Below, piece after piece: positions 43,101 through 52,855 of a stretch of DNA of 64,000 bases (its first letter is position 1; the number at the start of each line of letters is the position of its first letter). Made by a program: the position numbers and the translations under genes. The DNA lies in the sequence record LC494302.1; one strand, written 5' to 3'. The notes beneath the pieces are model-generated. The model saw only the letters and a program-made list of their open reading frames with translations, ran no database searches and had not been told where the DNA came from.

Positions 43101-43652
43101 ATGAGTTCAATGAGTTTATTAGATACATTAGAAAAAGACAGAAGTGCAATTAAGCGTTTAAAAGAGCAAGTACAAAAGATTGTATACAACGTTGATAAGT
43201 TTGAAGTCCCAGGAAGATTTGGTGATATTTCCCATACGGAGATCAAATCCCTTAAGTCAGATTTGTTGATTAAAAATAAAAATGGGTTGATTTTAGTTTT
43301 GAGTTCAGATATGATGGGGGCAACACATAGTTATAATGCAGTATCGGTGCGTTCAGAGTGTGAAGGTATATATCTATCACAGGGTTTCAATAGCGAGACA
43401 CAGGTTTGTTTTTGTGATGCAGTACATGACCCTATGAAGTTCACGAGAAGTGAAGCCCAAGCGTTATTAGAGCTATCAGACGAGAGTTTGTTTCAGTACA
43501 GTACAATGTATGACAATGATAAGCTTCGTTGTATGTACGCTGTAAAGCATTATACACATGAGTTCTCTGGATTTGCATACCTTTTAGTTAGAACCAATAC
43601 CAGATATATTGATATGTTAGAAGATTACATCGATAAAGTTGTTAATGTATGA
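43101..43652 (+). CDS. family C protein
   Basis: SDESLFQYSTMYD; ATG 43101 after AAGGA. Confidence 0.85.
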   Translation: MSSMSLLDTLEKDRSAIKRLKEQVQKIVYNVDKFEVPGRFGDISHTEIKSLKSDLLIKNKNGLILVLSSDMMGATHSYNAVSVRSECEGIYLSQGFNSETQVCFCDAVHDPMKFTRSEAQALLELSDESLFQYSTMYDNDKLRCMYAVKHYTHEFSGFAYLLVRTNTRYIDMLEDYIDKVVNV

Positions 43653-43674
43653 TGTATGATTATGTGATGGGATA

Positions 43675-43842
43675 ATGCTGATGAAAGAGTTATTTGAAGA
43701 TCAGTTCAATGCATATGTGGATAATATTCTTTATTCCAGTCGTGCCAGTCAACGAGGAAATCGTGCTTACAACATAGATTACCTATTAACGGTGCTGAGT
43801 TCACAGTACACCTACGCTGTACAGAGGACATATTATGAATAA
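43675..43842 (+). CDS. small hypothetical protein
   Basis: Hand-translated 55 aa MLMKELFEDQF... Confidence 0.6.
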   Translation: MLMKELFEDQFNAYVDNILYSSRASQRGNRAYNIDYLLTVLSSQYTYAVQRTYYE

Positions 43843-44038
43843 TTTTAGAGATGTTGCTAAGGAGAAGTTCAAGTGCAGTTTAGATTACGGTTTAAATGAT
43901 TTTCTTACATGCACAATGTACAGGAATGATGATTATGAGCAATCCGTAATTTCGTTGCACAGATATTTCGAAATAATTTACGCAAGATATCTTAGAAGGT
44001 TAGATGGGATAGGGGATTGGAATTATGATTACGTTTGA
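43835..44038 (+). CDS. small hypothetical protein
   Basis: SD GAGGA. Confidence 0.75.
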   Translation: MNNFRDVAKEKFKCSLDYGLNDFLTCTMYRNDDYEQSVISLHRYFEIIYARYLRRLDGIGDWNYDYV

Positions 44039-44234
44039 AGAGCCGGAAGTGTTAAGTTCGCATAGTATTAAGGGTTTTGAATACATGATGGATTTGATTT
44101 TGAAGGATACATATTTGGTTCAGAGTGTAGATAATACGGTACACCGAGTATTGAATTTATACGAGATGACGAGTCGAAGGCTTTGTGCTATGAAAAGGAT
44201 TGAAGAAATCAAGCTTTCTAGGCTGAATAAATAG
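44025..44234 (+). CDS. small hypothetical protein
   Basis: ORF track; overlaps previous stop. Confidence 0.7.
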   Translation: MITFEEPEVLSSHSIKGFEYMMDLILKDTYLVQSVDNTVHRVLNLYEMTSRRLCAMKRIEEIKLSRLNK

Positions 44235-44433
44235 AGACGTTTCATTTTTACAGGCCGCTGGGGGGGGTCAAAAAAATTTCCGCTGAAAAACATGCTAAGG
44301 TATATGTTTAATATAAAGTTTTATATTGTGTTTTTCAGAGTACAGTTCATGTTTCCTGAAACAAAAAATACCCCGCCCCCGCAACGTGCTCCTTATATTG
44401 GAGTTTACCTTATTAATTATAGTAGAGATTAAG

Positions 44434-44811
44434 ATGGAAATAAAATATAATGAATTTTGTGCAAGGACATGGATGTACACTGGTGAGTTAGTTACGCACT
44501 CTAACTTATACAAGGGTGATTTAAACTACGCTAGGGACAAGATTTTAAAGTACTGGAATGCTGACTTTTATTTGATGGATTTTAGTACTGGGTTTCATGG
44601 GATATCTATCGAGATGCCGGACTATACAGTACTTGATGATGCTGCACTGTTCCAGGAGGCATTAGTATTTGATAAGAAGTACATCTGTACATTAGAAGAG
44701 ATGATTGAATTACAGCGTAGAATTAAATGTATTCACAGGGAATGTATAGATATCTGGTGCAGTACTGGTGAGGCCGATTTCTGGAAATTTTTTAATCTAG
44801 GAGAAGAGTGA
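44434..44811 (+). CDS. family C protein (short type)
   Basis: DYTVLDDAALFQEALVFD; ATG 44434. Confidence 0.85.
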   Translation: MEIKYNEFCARTWMYTGELVTHSNLYKGDLNYARDKILKYWNADFYLMDFSTGFHGISIEMPDYTVLDDAALFQEALVFDKKYICTLEEMIELQRRIKCIHRECIDIWCSTGEADFWKFFNLGEE

Positions 44812-45167
44812 TGGAATTTGATTTTTTAATATCAGTACATACTTTCAAGCACAGTTATCAGTACTTTTGTAATTTAAACAAAGGTGATTTAATGCACAGT
44901 GCGAATGAGTATATTCATTACACTCAGGGTAAATTTACATTCATTGATTACAGTTCATTACAGTATCCACACCAAGATATGCCGGACTATACATTAATGG
45001 ATACCGCAGAACTATTCCAAGAATCATTAGTATTTGATAAGAAGTACTTGTGTACATTTGAAGAAGTTATTGCAATACAAAATGAAATGAAAGAGTATGC
45101 TGCTTTGCATAAACCCAATTCAAGTATTAATCAAGAATACAAATTCAATTTAGGAATTCAAGAATGA
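44808..45167 (+). CDS. family C protein (short type)
   Basis: DYTLMDTAELFQESLVFD. Confidence 0.85.
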   Translation: MMEFDFLISVHTFKHSYQYFCNLNKGDLMHSANEYIHYTQGKFTFIDYSSLQYPHQDMPDYTLMDTAELFQESLVFDKKYLCTFEEVIAIQNEMKEYAALHKPNSSINQEYKFNLGIQE

Positions 45168-45523
45168 CATATGATTATTCTATGTACTATTATAAGTTAC
45201 CTAAAGGATGGGACTTGTGCTGTAATCTTATTAAGGGCGACTCGGAACATGAGTTGAGTTTATATATGCATTACAAAGATTCTTGTTTTAAATTTATTCA
45301 TGTATCACATGACGACTATGACTATGAATCTGAGAGTCTTATAGATTATACAGTACTGGACGATGGCGAACTATTTCAGGCTGCATTAGTGTTTGATAAG
45401 AATAAGTACTCCTGTACATTTGAAGAAATGGTTTCTTTGCAAAATGAAATGAAGAGATTTGAAAAAGAAAACGTATTTAATCCATCCCCATCAAGAACGA
45501 ATAATTATTATTTCAATATATGA
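45164..45523 (+). CDS. family C protein (short type)
   Basis: DYTVLDDGELFQAALVFD. Confidence 0.85.
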   Translation: MTYDYSMYYYKLPKGWDLCCNLIKGDSEHELSLYMHYKDSCFKFIHVSHDDYDYESESLIDYTVLDDGELFQAALVFDKNKYSCTFEEMVSLQNEMKRFEKENVFNPSPSRTNNYYFNI

Positions 45524-45532
45524 GATTATAAA

Positions 45533-46024
45533 ATGACATTACAGAGTTCATTGGAAAAAGCAAAGAAGATTCATGAGTACATGAATATGGCAAAAGAAGG
45601 TTCAGTTTACGGTGTTTTCAAAGACACAAGTACTCAATATTATGTACCGGATAACCTCCTTTATAATGACTGCTCAGATACAGAAACGTGCGTACTGGAT
45701 ACAGAAACGTGTGTACTGGATACCGACCCTAATGATTATGAATGCTACATTAATATGCATAATGAGTACATGGTCTATATTAATGATACAGATACCATCA
45801 ACAGTACTGACAGCGATTCCAATGACATTATAATTCCGAGTGAAGTACTGGAAGGTCCGTGGGATAGTGAAGAGTATTACTTCCAACAAAGTACTGTATA
45901 TGATAATGAAGTACTTGATGTTATTATAATTATGTGGTACTTTAAAAGTATTGGTTCTGGGAACTTCTATTTCGATTACAAATACGTAAAGAAAACTGTA
46001 GATAACGGTATTAACAGGGGTTGA
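45533..46024 (+). CDS. family C protein (SLQSAL subfamily)
   Basis: GPWDSEEYYFQQSTVYD. Confidence 0.85.
   Translation: MTLQSSLEKAKKIHEYMNMAKEGSVYGVFKDTSTQYYVPDNLLYNDCSDTETCVLDTETCVLDTDPNDYECYINMHNEYMVYINDTDTINSTDSDSNDIIIPSEVLEGPWDSEEYYFQQSTVYDNEVLDVIIIMWYFKSIGSGNFYFDYKYVKKTVDNGINRG
45677..45723 (+). repeat. 21-bp in-frame tandem duplication
   Basis: GATACAGAAACGTG(C/T)GTACTG x2, encodes DTETCVL twice. Confidence 0.9.
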
Positions 46025-46025
46025 A

Positions 46026-46496
46026 ATGAGTTTAGAAAGAGCATTAGAGATTGCGAAGTTAATTGATTTATGCAGCAAAGAAATTGTAGCAAATTGTCTT
46101 AATGGATATCTATTCAAGGAAGGTAAATCTTATTGTCGAATGAGATACGATGACAGTAGTGAGTACATTCACATGTATGAAGAAAACTTAGATTCTTCTG
46201 AAACAACACTCAATGGGTGTGATGTTAATTTGGAAGATAATTACATGTACTTCTGTCGTGATGCTGATATTTTAATACAAGATTCTGACATTATATCTGG
46301 TGCAGCAGAGAAACATCTTCCGTATTCAGTACTGGATAATGACTGGGGAAGTGAAGAGTTCTACTTCCAGCAGAATACTATCTACGAGGAATATGTGCTT
46401 GACAAGCTTGTCATTCTGTGGTACTTTAATAATACCGATTGTCCTAGCTTCTATCTGGACTTGGATCTACTACGAGTTATTAAAGAGGATATATGA
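46026..46496 (+). CDS. family C protein (SLQSAL subfamily)
   Basis: DWGSEEFYFQQNTIYE. Confidence 0.85.
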   Translation: MSLERALEIAKLIDLCSKEIVANCLNGYLFKEGKSYCRMRYDDSSEYIHMYEENLDSSETTLNGCDVNLEDNYMYFCRDADILIQDSDIISGAAEKHLPYSVLDNDWGSEEFYFQQNTIYEEYVLDKLVILWYFNNTDCPSFYLDLDLLRVIKEDI

Positions 46497-46936
46497 GTTT
46501 AGCAAGTGCACTTAAACTGGCACACAAAATACATCACTTCCACGATAACATAAAAAGTGGTTTCTATGGTGATAAAGTAAGTGCATTTGGTAATGAGTAT
46601 TATCTATCAGGTATAAAGACATACTCTGATGATATTTTACTTATGGGCCATGATAAAGACAATACTATACAGTACTCTTCATGTAGTCAATATACTAGTT
46701 TTTTTGTATATATTCCAGGTACTAAGATTACGTTTGACACATCAAATACACCTGTTGACTTCGGGGTACTTGATGGCCCGTGGGGTACTGAAGAGTATTA
46801 CTTCCAACAGAGTCTTATTTTTAACCAAGAAATGCTTGATTCCTTGGTTGTTTTGTGGTACTTTAAGGAATTGAAGTTTGAACCATTTTTTCTTGACTGG
46901 GGAGCATGTGAATATTTAAGTACAGGGGATTTGTAA
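46493..46936 (+). CDS. family C protein (SLQSAL subfamily)
   Basis: GPWGTEEYYFQQSLIFN. Confidence 0.85.
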   Translation: MSLASALKLAHKIHHFHDNIKSGFYGDKVSAFGNEYYLSGIKTYSDDILLMGHDKDNTIQYSSCSQYTSFFVYIPGTKITFDTSNTPVDFGVLDGPWGTEEYYFQQSLIFNQEMLDSLVVLWYFKELKFEPFFLDWGACEYLSTGDL

Positions 46937-47427
46937 TGTCGTTACAAAGTGCATTGAAAGAAGCAAAGAAGATTCATGAGTACATGATTATGGTACAGGA
47001 AGGTTCAGTACCTGGGGTGTATAAAACATCTGATACTGAATTTTTTGTAAAAGACCGTGACGATTATGACGAGTCCGAGATATGTGCAGAAACATTAGTA
47101 CTGCACACTGATACTGGTGACAGTGATAACTGTGAATATCATATGTACAATCAGTACATTAGTTATTGCCGTAATGAAGATATTACCATCTACAACACAG
47201 ATAGTGATGCTGATGACACTATCATTCCTTATTCAGTACTGGAAGGACCGTGGGATAGTGAAGAATATTACTTCCAGAATAGTACGTTGTACAATGAAGA
47301 AGAACTGGATGTTATTGTGATTATGTGGTACTTTAAAAGTATTGGTTCTGATAGTTTCTATTTCGATTATGAATACGTAGAGAATACTGTAGGGGAAGAT
47401 AATGTCATTACAAAGTGCACTGGATAA
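46936..47427 (+). CDS. family C protein (SLQSAL subfamily)
   Basis: GPWDSEEYYFQNSTLYN. Confidence 0.85.
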   Translation: MSLQSALKEAKKIHEYMIMVQEGSVPGVYKTSDTEFFVKDRDDYDESEICAETLVLHTDTGDSDNCEYHMYNQYISYCRNEDITIYNTDSDADDTIIPYSVLEGPWDSEEYYFQNSTLYNEEELDVIVIMWYFKSIGSDSFYFDYEYVENTVGEDNVITKCTG

Positions 47428-47845
47428 AGCAAAAGAACTACAGGTATATATTGAAGATATCAAGGCTGGGAAGTTCGAAGAAGTATACAAAGCCGAGAAT
47501 GGTAACTACTACAAGGATAGTGATTTTACCACAACTACAGTTATTCTTGGGCTGAATTCCAAAAGTCCCGCAGATTTTTCACAATACAATCCAGATGCAG
47601 AATTTATCAGTTATGCTTATGGTGGTGAAATCCGTTTTTATAATCGCAGCAGACCTTTAAAATTGAACTTTGAAGTACTGAAAGGTCCGTGGGATAGTGA
47701 AGAGTATTACTTTCAGAATAGTACTTTGTATGATGATGAAGTACTAGATACTTTAGTTATTATGTGGTACTTTAAAAGTATTGATAGTACAAGATTTTAT
47801 TTGGATTATGAATATGTACGTGAAGCATATAAGGGCAAACGATGA
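47402..47845 (+). CDS. family C protein (SLQSAL subfamily)
   Basis: GPWDSEEYYFQNSTLYD. Confidence 0.85.
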   Translation: MSLQSALDKAKELQVYIEDIKAGKFEEVYKAENGNYYKDSDFTTTTVILGLNSKSPADFSQYNPDAEFISYAYGGEIRFYNRSRPLKLNFEVLKGPWDSEEYYFQNSTLYDDEVLDTLVIMWYFKSIDSTRFYLDYEYVREAYKGKR

Positions 47846-48156
47846 AATTCTTATACAGTATTCAGTACATTCCTGGTACAATTAGTTTAATGTATTTCTT
47901 CGATCATGATAATTTCCAGCACCTTGCCGTTAGAAGATGTAATGAATCTTTAATGATTGAATATCTTCACGATTGTGATTATATTCCTGACTTCCTTGAA
48001 TGTGATTACAGAGATGATCATGAAACATTTCTTTTTCAGGAATCACTTGTATGGGATAAGAGAATTAATTTTTATGCTTTACTTGAGATACAAAAACAAG
48101 TGAAGTACTACTGGGATTACTTAATTACCCAAGAATATATAGAGATTGAAATATAA
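47842..48156 (+). CDS. family C protein (short type)
   Basis: HETFLFQESLVWD. Confidence 0.85.
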   Translation: MKFLYSIQYIPGTISLMYFFDHDNFQHLAVRRCNESLMIEYLHDCDYIPDFLECDYRDDHETFLFQESLVWDKRINFYALLEIQKQVKYYWDYLITQEYIEIEI

Positions 48157-48629
48157 TGTACGAAAGTGATCTTAAGCACGCTGAGGAATTAGTTAATATA
48201 GTAAAGTTCTTTCAAAATAATGTAAAGTACTTAGACGACAAAGGGGCATATATTAGTACTATAAGTGTTGGTACAGATATTCTAGGATTAGGTAATGAAT
48301 ATAAGTACGAGTCCCATGATTATGATTTGGAATTCAAGTACTTCGAATGGAATCCTGGAACTTTCTATTCAATCGATGAAAGTGGGAAATATTTTGAATT
48401 CACCGAAGAAGACGTACTATTCTTAAATTCAGAAGATGCTTACTTCCAGTACAGTACTATATACCCAAATAGTGCATTAAGAGCTTTAGTAGTTTTTAAT
48501 GCATTTCTGAAAGAGAACTTTAATAATTCTATATTCATTGATTTAAATTATGTATATGAACTAAATCAGGTGATATATATGGAGTCCAGAAAAAATGAGT
48601 TACGAAAGTGCAATCAAGAAAGCAAATGA
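48156..48629 (+). CDS. family C protein
   Basis: SEDAYFQYSTIYP. Confidence 0.85.
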   Translation: MYESDLKHAEELVNIVKFFQNNVKYLDDKGAYISTISVGTDILGLGNEYKYESHDYDLEFKYFEWNPGTFYSIDESGKYFEFTEEDVLFLNSEDAYFQYSTIYPNSALRALVVFNAFLKENFNNSIFIDLNYVYELNQVIYMESRKNELRKCNQESK

Positions 48630-49041
48630 TATTCTAAAAGTTGTTAAGTTCTTCAAAGAAAATCCTGAATACGTAGATGATGAACGAAGAGAAGTTTCTA
48701 ATGGCACGAAGATTACAATTGATTCTTTATTTGACACTAGCAACAACAACTGTAGTACTATTGAATTAGCATACGATTATATTTCATTGAACAGAAAATA
48801 TGATGAAGTTACGATAGAGCGTCATGAGAATGAAGAATCTTTTAAAATTTCTGATATTTTATCTCTGAGTACAGAAGAAGGGTACTTCCAGGGAAGTACT
48901 GTTTATAATGAAGGAACACTAGACAATCTATGTACATTTAGTGTACTATATCAGAAGTCAGTACTGGATATATTTTATCTAGACACTGAAAAACTTGATA
49001 GGTTAGTTGATTTCGTTACTATAGAAGAGGCATCCGTTTGA
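48595..49041 (+). CDS. family C protein
   Basis: TEEGYFQGSTVYN. Confidence 0.85.
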   Translation: MSYESAIKKANDILKVVKFFKENPEYVDDERREVSNGTKITIDSLFDTSNNNCSTIELAYDYISLNRKYDEVTIERHENEESFKISDILSLSTEEGYFQGSTVYNEGTLDNLCTFSVLYQKSVLDIFYLDTEKLDRLVDFVTIEEASV

Positions 49042-49574
49042 GAAAAATTAACATTAATGATTATGATGCATTACAAGATTTATCAAAAAAGATTCGCACT
49101 ATCGTACCAGTACTGAAGAAATGCAGTACTGGATTAATCGATCCTAGTACTGTTGTTAATGAGAAGTACAATTTTCATTATGTATTACAGGGTACTGGGG
49201 CATTCCAGAAGTGTGAGGTGCGTGAGAAACACGTAATTGATACATCATTGTTTTCTATTGGTGCACCTATGTCGAATAATACTATTTTCCTGGATGACGC
49301 AGGAAATATTCAACAATTAACATTTAAGAAAAGGAAAAAGAACAATAACATTGGTGTGTACGCGATGAAGTGGGGTCAACCTGATTTGAAGCGTGAAATT
49401 CACATCCCTAAGTACAATTACAATTCATTTGAAGAACAGTGCTTTCAACTATCGTGTACTGACCCTGACTATGCTATCATTCAGTTCTATATGGAATTGC
49501 AGATAGCATTTAACAGTAATTTGTATATTAACTTATTGGCGATTAACATTGATGAAGTATTCAAAAACATTTAA
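49038..49574 (+). CDS. family C protein
   Basis: FEEQCFQLSCTD; TTG start after GAGG. Confidence 0.8.
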   Translation: MRKININDYDALQDLSKKIRTIVPVLKKCSTGLIDPSTVVNEKYNFHYVLQGTGAFQKCEVREKHVIDTSLFSIGAPMSNNTIFLDDAGNIQQLTFKKRKKNNNIGVYAMKWGQPDLKREIHIPKYNYNSFEEQCFQLSCTDPDYAIIQFYMELQIAFNSNLYINLLAINIDEVFKNI

Positions 49575-49770
49575 TCGAATTGAATACATGAGAACTGTGA
49601 GTGCAGTGTGGGACATATGGTTCACTACTAAACCAAAAATGGATTACCATGACTTTAAGCTCTTGTTCTTCGTTGGCTCTAACAAACAGGATGTTGCAAT
49701 GAAGGGTTATATTCAGCACTTACAGGAACTAATCCAGAAGAGAATATATGAAAATAATAGACCAAAATGA
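49549..49770 (+). CDS. family B small protein (dispersed copy)
   Basis: VGSNKQD...YIQHLQELI. Confidence 0.75.
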   Translation: MMKYSKTFNRIEYMRTVSAVWDIWFTTKPKMDYHDFKLLFFVGSNKQDVAMKGYIQHLQELIQKRIYENNRPK

Positions 49771-49939
49771 CATTGCTAAACTATTCAATATATATTCTAC
49801 TAGAATGATGCAAACAGACTCATATAGTACTGAATTCAAAGAGTTGAAAGTACTGATGTACTTAGGAACCCAATACCAAGAACAAGTTATTTTAGAATAT
49901 ATTAATTCGTTGAAGAAGGATATCCGTTATGTACGATGA
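49748..49939 (+). CDS. family B small protein (dispersed copy)
   Basis: LGTQYQE. Confidence 0.8.
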   Translation: MKIIDQNDIAKLFNIYSTRMMQTDSYSTEFKELKVLMYLGTQYQEQVILEYINSLKKDIRYVR

Positions 49940-50489
49940 TTTAGATCTTGCGTTTGAACGTATGGTAATTTTAATGCAATGCAATGAAATGCATGAAACA
50001 ATCCGTCGCACCAAAGGGATTGAATATACAAGTAAACTATTCTCATACGAAAGTCGTCGAGGGATGGATCATTTTTACTGCACTGATTGTTCAAAGTTTT
50101 CAGTACTGAAATATTATCATCCTACTGTTTCCAATAATAGTTTAATATCCACATATGACGGTGATCTGTTTAGTGTAATGTATGACACATTACATCCATC
50201 AATTTCAATCTATAAAGATTGCGATAGTAGTTTATCGTATATAATTGAAGATTACTTATCTCCTAATACTGAAGAGAATATTTTTCAGAACAGTGTGTTG
50301 CATGATGAATTAAGTATAAAATGCATCTATATGTTCAATAAGTTAAAAGAGTACGCCGATAATAATTACTTCATTGATGATTTAGCGGTATTGTCTGTTT
50401 CCGTTTTTAATACAAATGATATTGATATGAAATACTATAATGAGATTTGTAAAGTACATAATATGTATAAGGAACTATTATGCCAATAA
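49929..50489 (+). CDS. family C protein
   Basis: TEENIFQNSVLHD. Confidence 0.85.
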   Translation: MYDDLDLAFERMVILMQCNEMHETIRRTKGIEYTSKLFSYESRRGMDHFYCTDCSKFSVLKYYHPTVSNNSLISTYDGDLFSVMYDTLHPSISIYKDCDSSLSYIIEDYLSPNTEENIFQNSVLHDELSIKCIYMFNKLKEYADNNYFIDDLAVLSVSVFNTNDIDMKYYNEICKVHNMYKELLCQ

Positions 50490-51082
50490 ATGCAAATAAA
50501 TGTTGTAGTGCAGATGTGCATTTGTTTTTTAAGAAATTAGTAAATGATATTATCTATATGCAAGAAATCATTTATCACAAAAGAATGGACTTAGAAAAAG
50601 CATTAGTTCAGTTCTCTTTTATGCTGGATGGGATTATTACTCTAGATGGTGATGGATTGCGTATAGCATTTGACGGTAATTCAAATAGGGTTTTCTATTG
50701 GATGAATAATAAATTATGTTCCTCAATTTGCCGCACTTTTTATAACCCTATTTCGGACTTATATCAATTGGTGTATTCTAAAGGTGCAGTAGAAGCATCA
50801 TATGGTGATAGTTATGCCCTAGGAAAGAGTATTCCATATATGCAATCATTTGATATTGAATTAGTCAGTACTGATGAAGATGCAATGTTCACAAATGATT
50901 TAACGATGGAACGTGAATCTGCAATGAGATATATTACAAATTCTATGCATACATTCTTTCAACGAGTAGAATTTGATAATGTATATATAGCAAATGTAAA
51001 TATTTTTACTGACCTGTGTCAGTACTTGAGAAGTGTTTGTGATTTTGATGAAAGCTATTGTAAGCTTTATACTGAGGTATAA
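50480..51082 (+). CDS. family C-like protein (degenerate motif)
   Basis: DEDAMFTNDLTME. Confidence 0.8.
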   Translation: MPINANKCCSADVHLFFKKLVNDIIYMQEIIYHKRMDLEKALVQFSFMLDGIITLDGDGLRIAFDGNSNRVFYWMNNKLCSSICRTFYNPISDLYQLVYSKGAVEASYGDSYALGKSIPYMQSFDIELVSTDEDAMFTNDLTMERESAMRYITNSMHTFFQRVEFDNVYIANVNIFTDLCQYLRSVCDFDESYCKLYTEV

Positions 51083-51087
51083 AACAA

Positions 51088-51450
51088 ATGAACACATTAA
51101 GTATTACATACTATACAACTAAAAAATTAGTTACTTGTTTAATATCATTGAAGACAAACCATGATGATATGTTTGATATGGCTGCATATGAATTAGAATT
51201 ATCAGAAGATGGCTTCAAGAGCTATGAAGTATATAGCTATGTTCGTGAAGATGTAATTGACACTACACTAATGCAAGAGGATGAGTTATTCCAAGAAAGT
51301 TTAGTATGGGATAATAAGTACGATTGTAACTTTGATTTCTTATGTTTAATCCAGAAAGAAATGAAAAGAATCTTTGATAATTATCCAGTGAAGAGATTGA
51401 GTACTGGACCGGAGCAGTACAGGAGAATTTTATTCCGTTATGAAGACTGA
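51088..51450 (+). CDS. family C protein (short type)
   Basis: QEDELFQESLVWD. Confidence 0.85.
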   Translation: MNTLSITYYTTKKLVTCLISLKTNHDDMFDMAAYELELSEDGFKSYEVYSYVREDVIDTTLMQEDELFQESLVWDNKYDCNFDFLCLIQKEMKRIFDNYPVKRLSTGPEQYRRILFRYED

Positions 51451-51775
51451 ATTAGTGAAAGTAATGTACGCTACTCATATTAAACTACTACTTGTGAAAT
51501 TTGATTATAATAAAAAACATAATGATTTCTATACTTTAATTCGTGATGAAAATACATTCTCCTTGCGATGCAACAATATACCGTTGAAGATAAATGATTT
51601 TACTTCACTTGACGAGGGTGAATTATTTCAAGAATCATTAGTTTTTAATAGTAATATAAAAATTGATATAGAAGTTATTAAAAAATACCAGATTTTATTG
51701 AACAAAATTATGAATTGTTATCCATGTGAAATAGGTGGTCATATGCAGTTCAAATCAAAAATGTATGAATTATGA
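51440..51775 (+). CDS. family C protein (short type)
   Basis: DEGELFQESLVFN. Confidence 0.85.
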   Translation: MKTELVKVMYATHIKLLLVKFDYNKKHNDFYTLIRDENTFSLRCNNIPLKINDFTSLDEGELFQESLVFNSNIKIDIEVIKKYQILLNKIMNCYPCEIGGHMQFKSKMYEL

Positions 51776-52319
51776 GGTTTATATGTTAGATGAAAAAATG
51801 AACAATGGAACACAATATAATCATCTTAAGTTAGATACATTCGAATCAGCTATCAGTACTGCACAAGATATAATTGATATTATCAAGTTCATTAAAGAAA
51901 ATAAGTTCAAATGTTTGAAAATACTAAATCGTTCAATGTACCGTGATAACAATATTCATGTATCAGTACGTAGACCGAAAGATAAAGAAAGTGGGAGAGA
52001 TTTCTATAACAACAGTGAGCAGTTCGAATGTGAATATGATCCAGAATTCAGAGGCGGTTTCATGTGTTACAGTATAAAGGATACCTCACACATTGAGATA
52101 CGTTCATCGAAAGGTGGCATACGTACATTAGAGTTCATTGATATAGTTTTAAATCAGGAATACTACTTTCAACTATCATTATTGTTTCCTGCATACGATT
52201 TAGGAGTTCTATTCATGTATAAGTACTTTTATGAGCACTGGAATGAAGACTTCTATCTGGACTTAGAAGATTACCAATTAGTTTGGAAAGAAATGGTAGA
52301 ACTTCGCAATCCCTCTTGA
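51765..52319 (+). CDS. family C protein
   Basis: NQEYYFQLSLLFP; start uncertain (51765 or 51783). Confidence 0.8.
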   Translation: MNYEVYMLDEKMNNGTQYNHLKLDTFESAISTAQDIIDIIKFIKENKFKCLKILNRSMYRDNNIHVSVRRPKDKESGRDFYNNSEQFECEYDPEFRGGFMCYSIKDTSHIEIRSSKGGIRTLEFIDIVLNQEYYFQLSLLFPAYDLGVLFMYKYFYEHWNEDFYLDLEDYQLVWKEMVELRNPS

Positions 52320-52345
52320 CACCCACCGATTCTTTGTGATATAAT
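52316..52345 (+). promoter_or_regulatory. sigma70-type promoter
   Basis: TTGACA-N18-TATAAT with extended TG. Confidence 0.7.
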
Positions 52346-52378
52346 CCCTTTATATTAATTGTAAAGGGTTATAACACA

Positions 52379-52855
52379 ATGTCCAAAGACCTATCATTTA
52401 GCAATGCACAAAAAATAGCAAAAGACATTATCAGGGTTTATAAATTCCTTGCGAATGTTACTGAAGATTTTTCCGTGGGGGAACATAAAGTTATTAAACG
52501 AAATGGATACCTTTCATTTATGGATGGGTTACTCTATAGTTCAGATGAATCAACTTGTAGCATTAGAGTACTTGATGAAGTACCAAGTGGTGATTTTATT
52601 TCATACCATTTTCCAAGTTCAGATAATTTCAAATACTACAATCATCTTCTTATAAATGAAGCATTTAATACGATTGTAATTAACACTGAAGAAGAGTTCT
52701 TCCAGTACAGTACTGTGTATCCAGAGAGGATTGTTTTCAGTTCAGTGATTTTAACAGCCCTTAAAAATGAACTAAATTCCGATAGTGATCATTTCTACTT
52801 GGACCTGAACAATGTCGATTGTATTATTGAGTACCTGGAGAAAAATGGTTTATGA
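52379..52855 (+). CDS. family C protein
   Basis: TEEEFFQYSTVYP. Confidence 0.85.
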   Translation: MSKDLSFSNAQKIAKDIIRVYKFLANVTEDFSVGEHKVIKRNGYLSFMDGLLYSSDESTCSIRVLDEVPSGDFISYHFPSSDNFKYYNHLLINEAFNTIVINTEEEFFQYSTVYPERIVFSSVILTALKNELNSDSDHFYLDLNNVDCIIEYLEKNGL

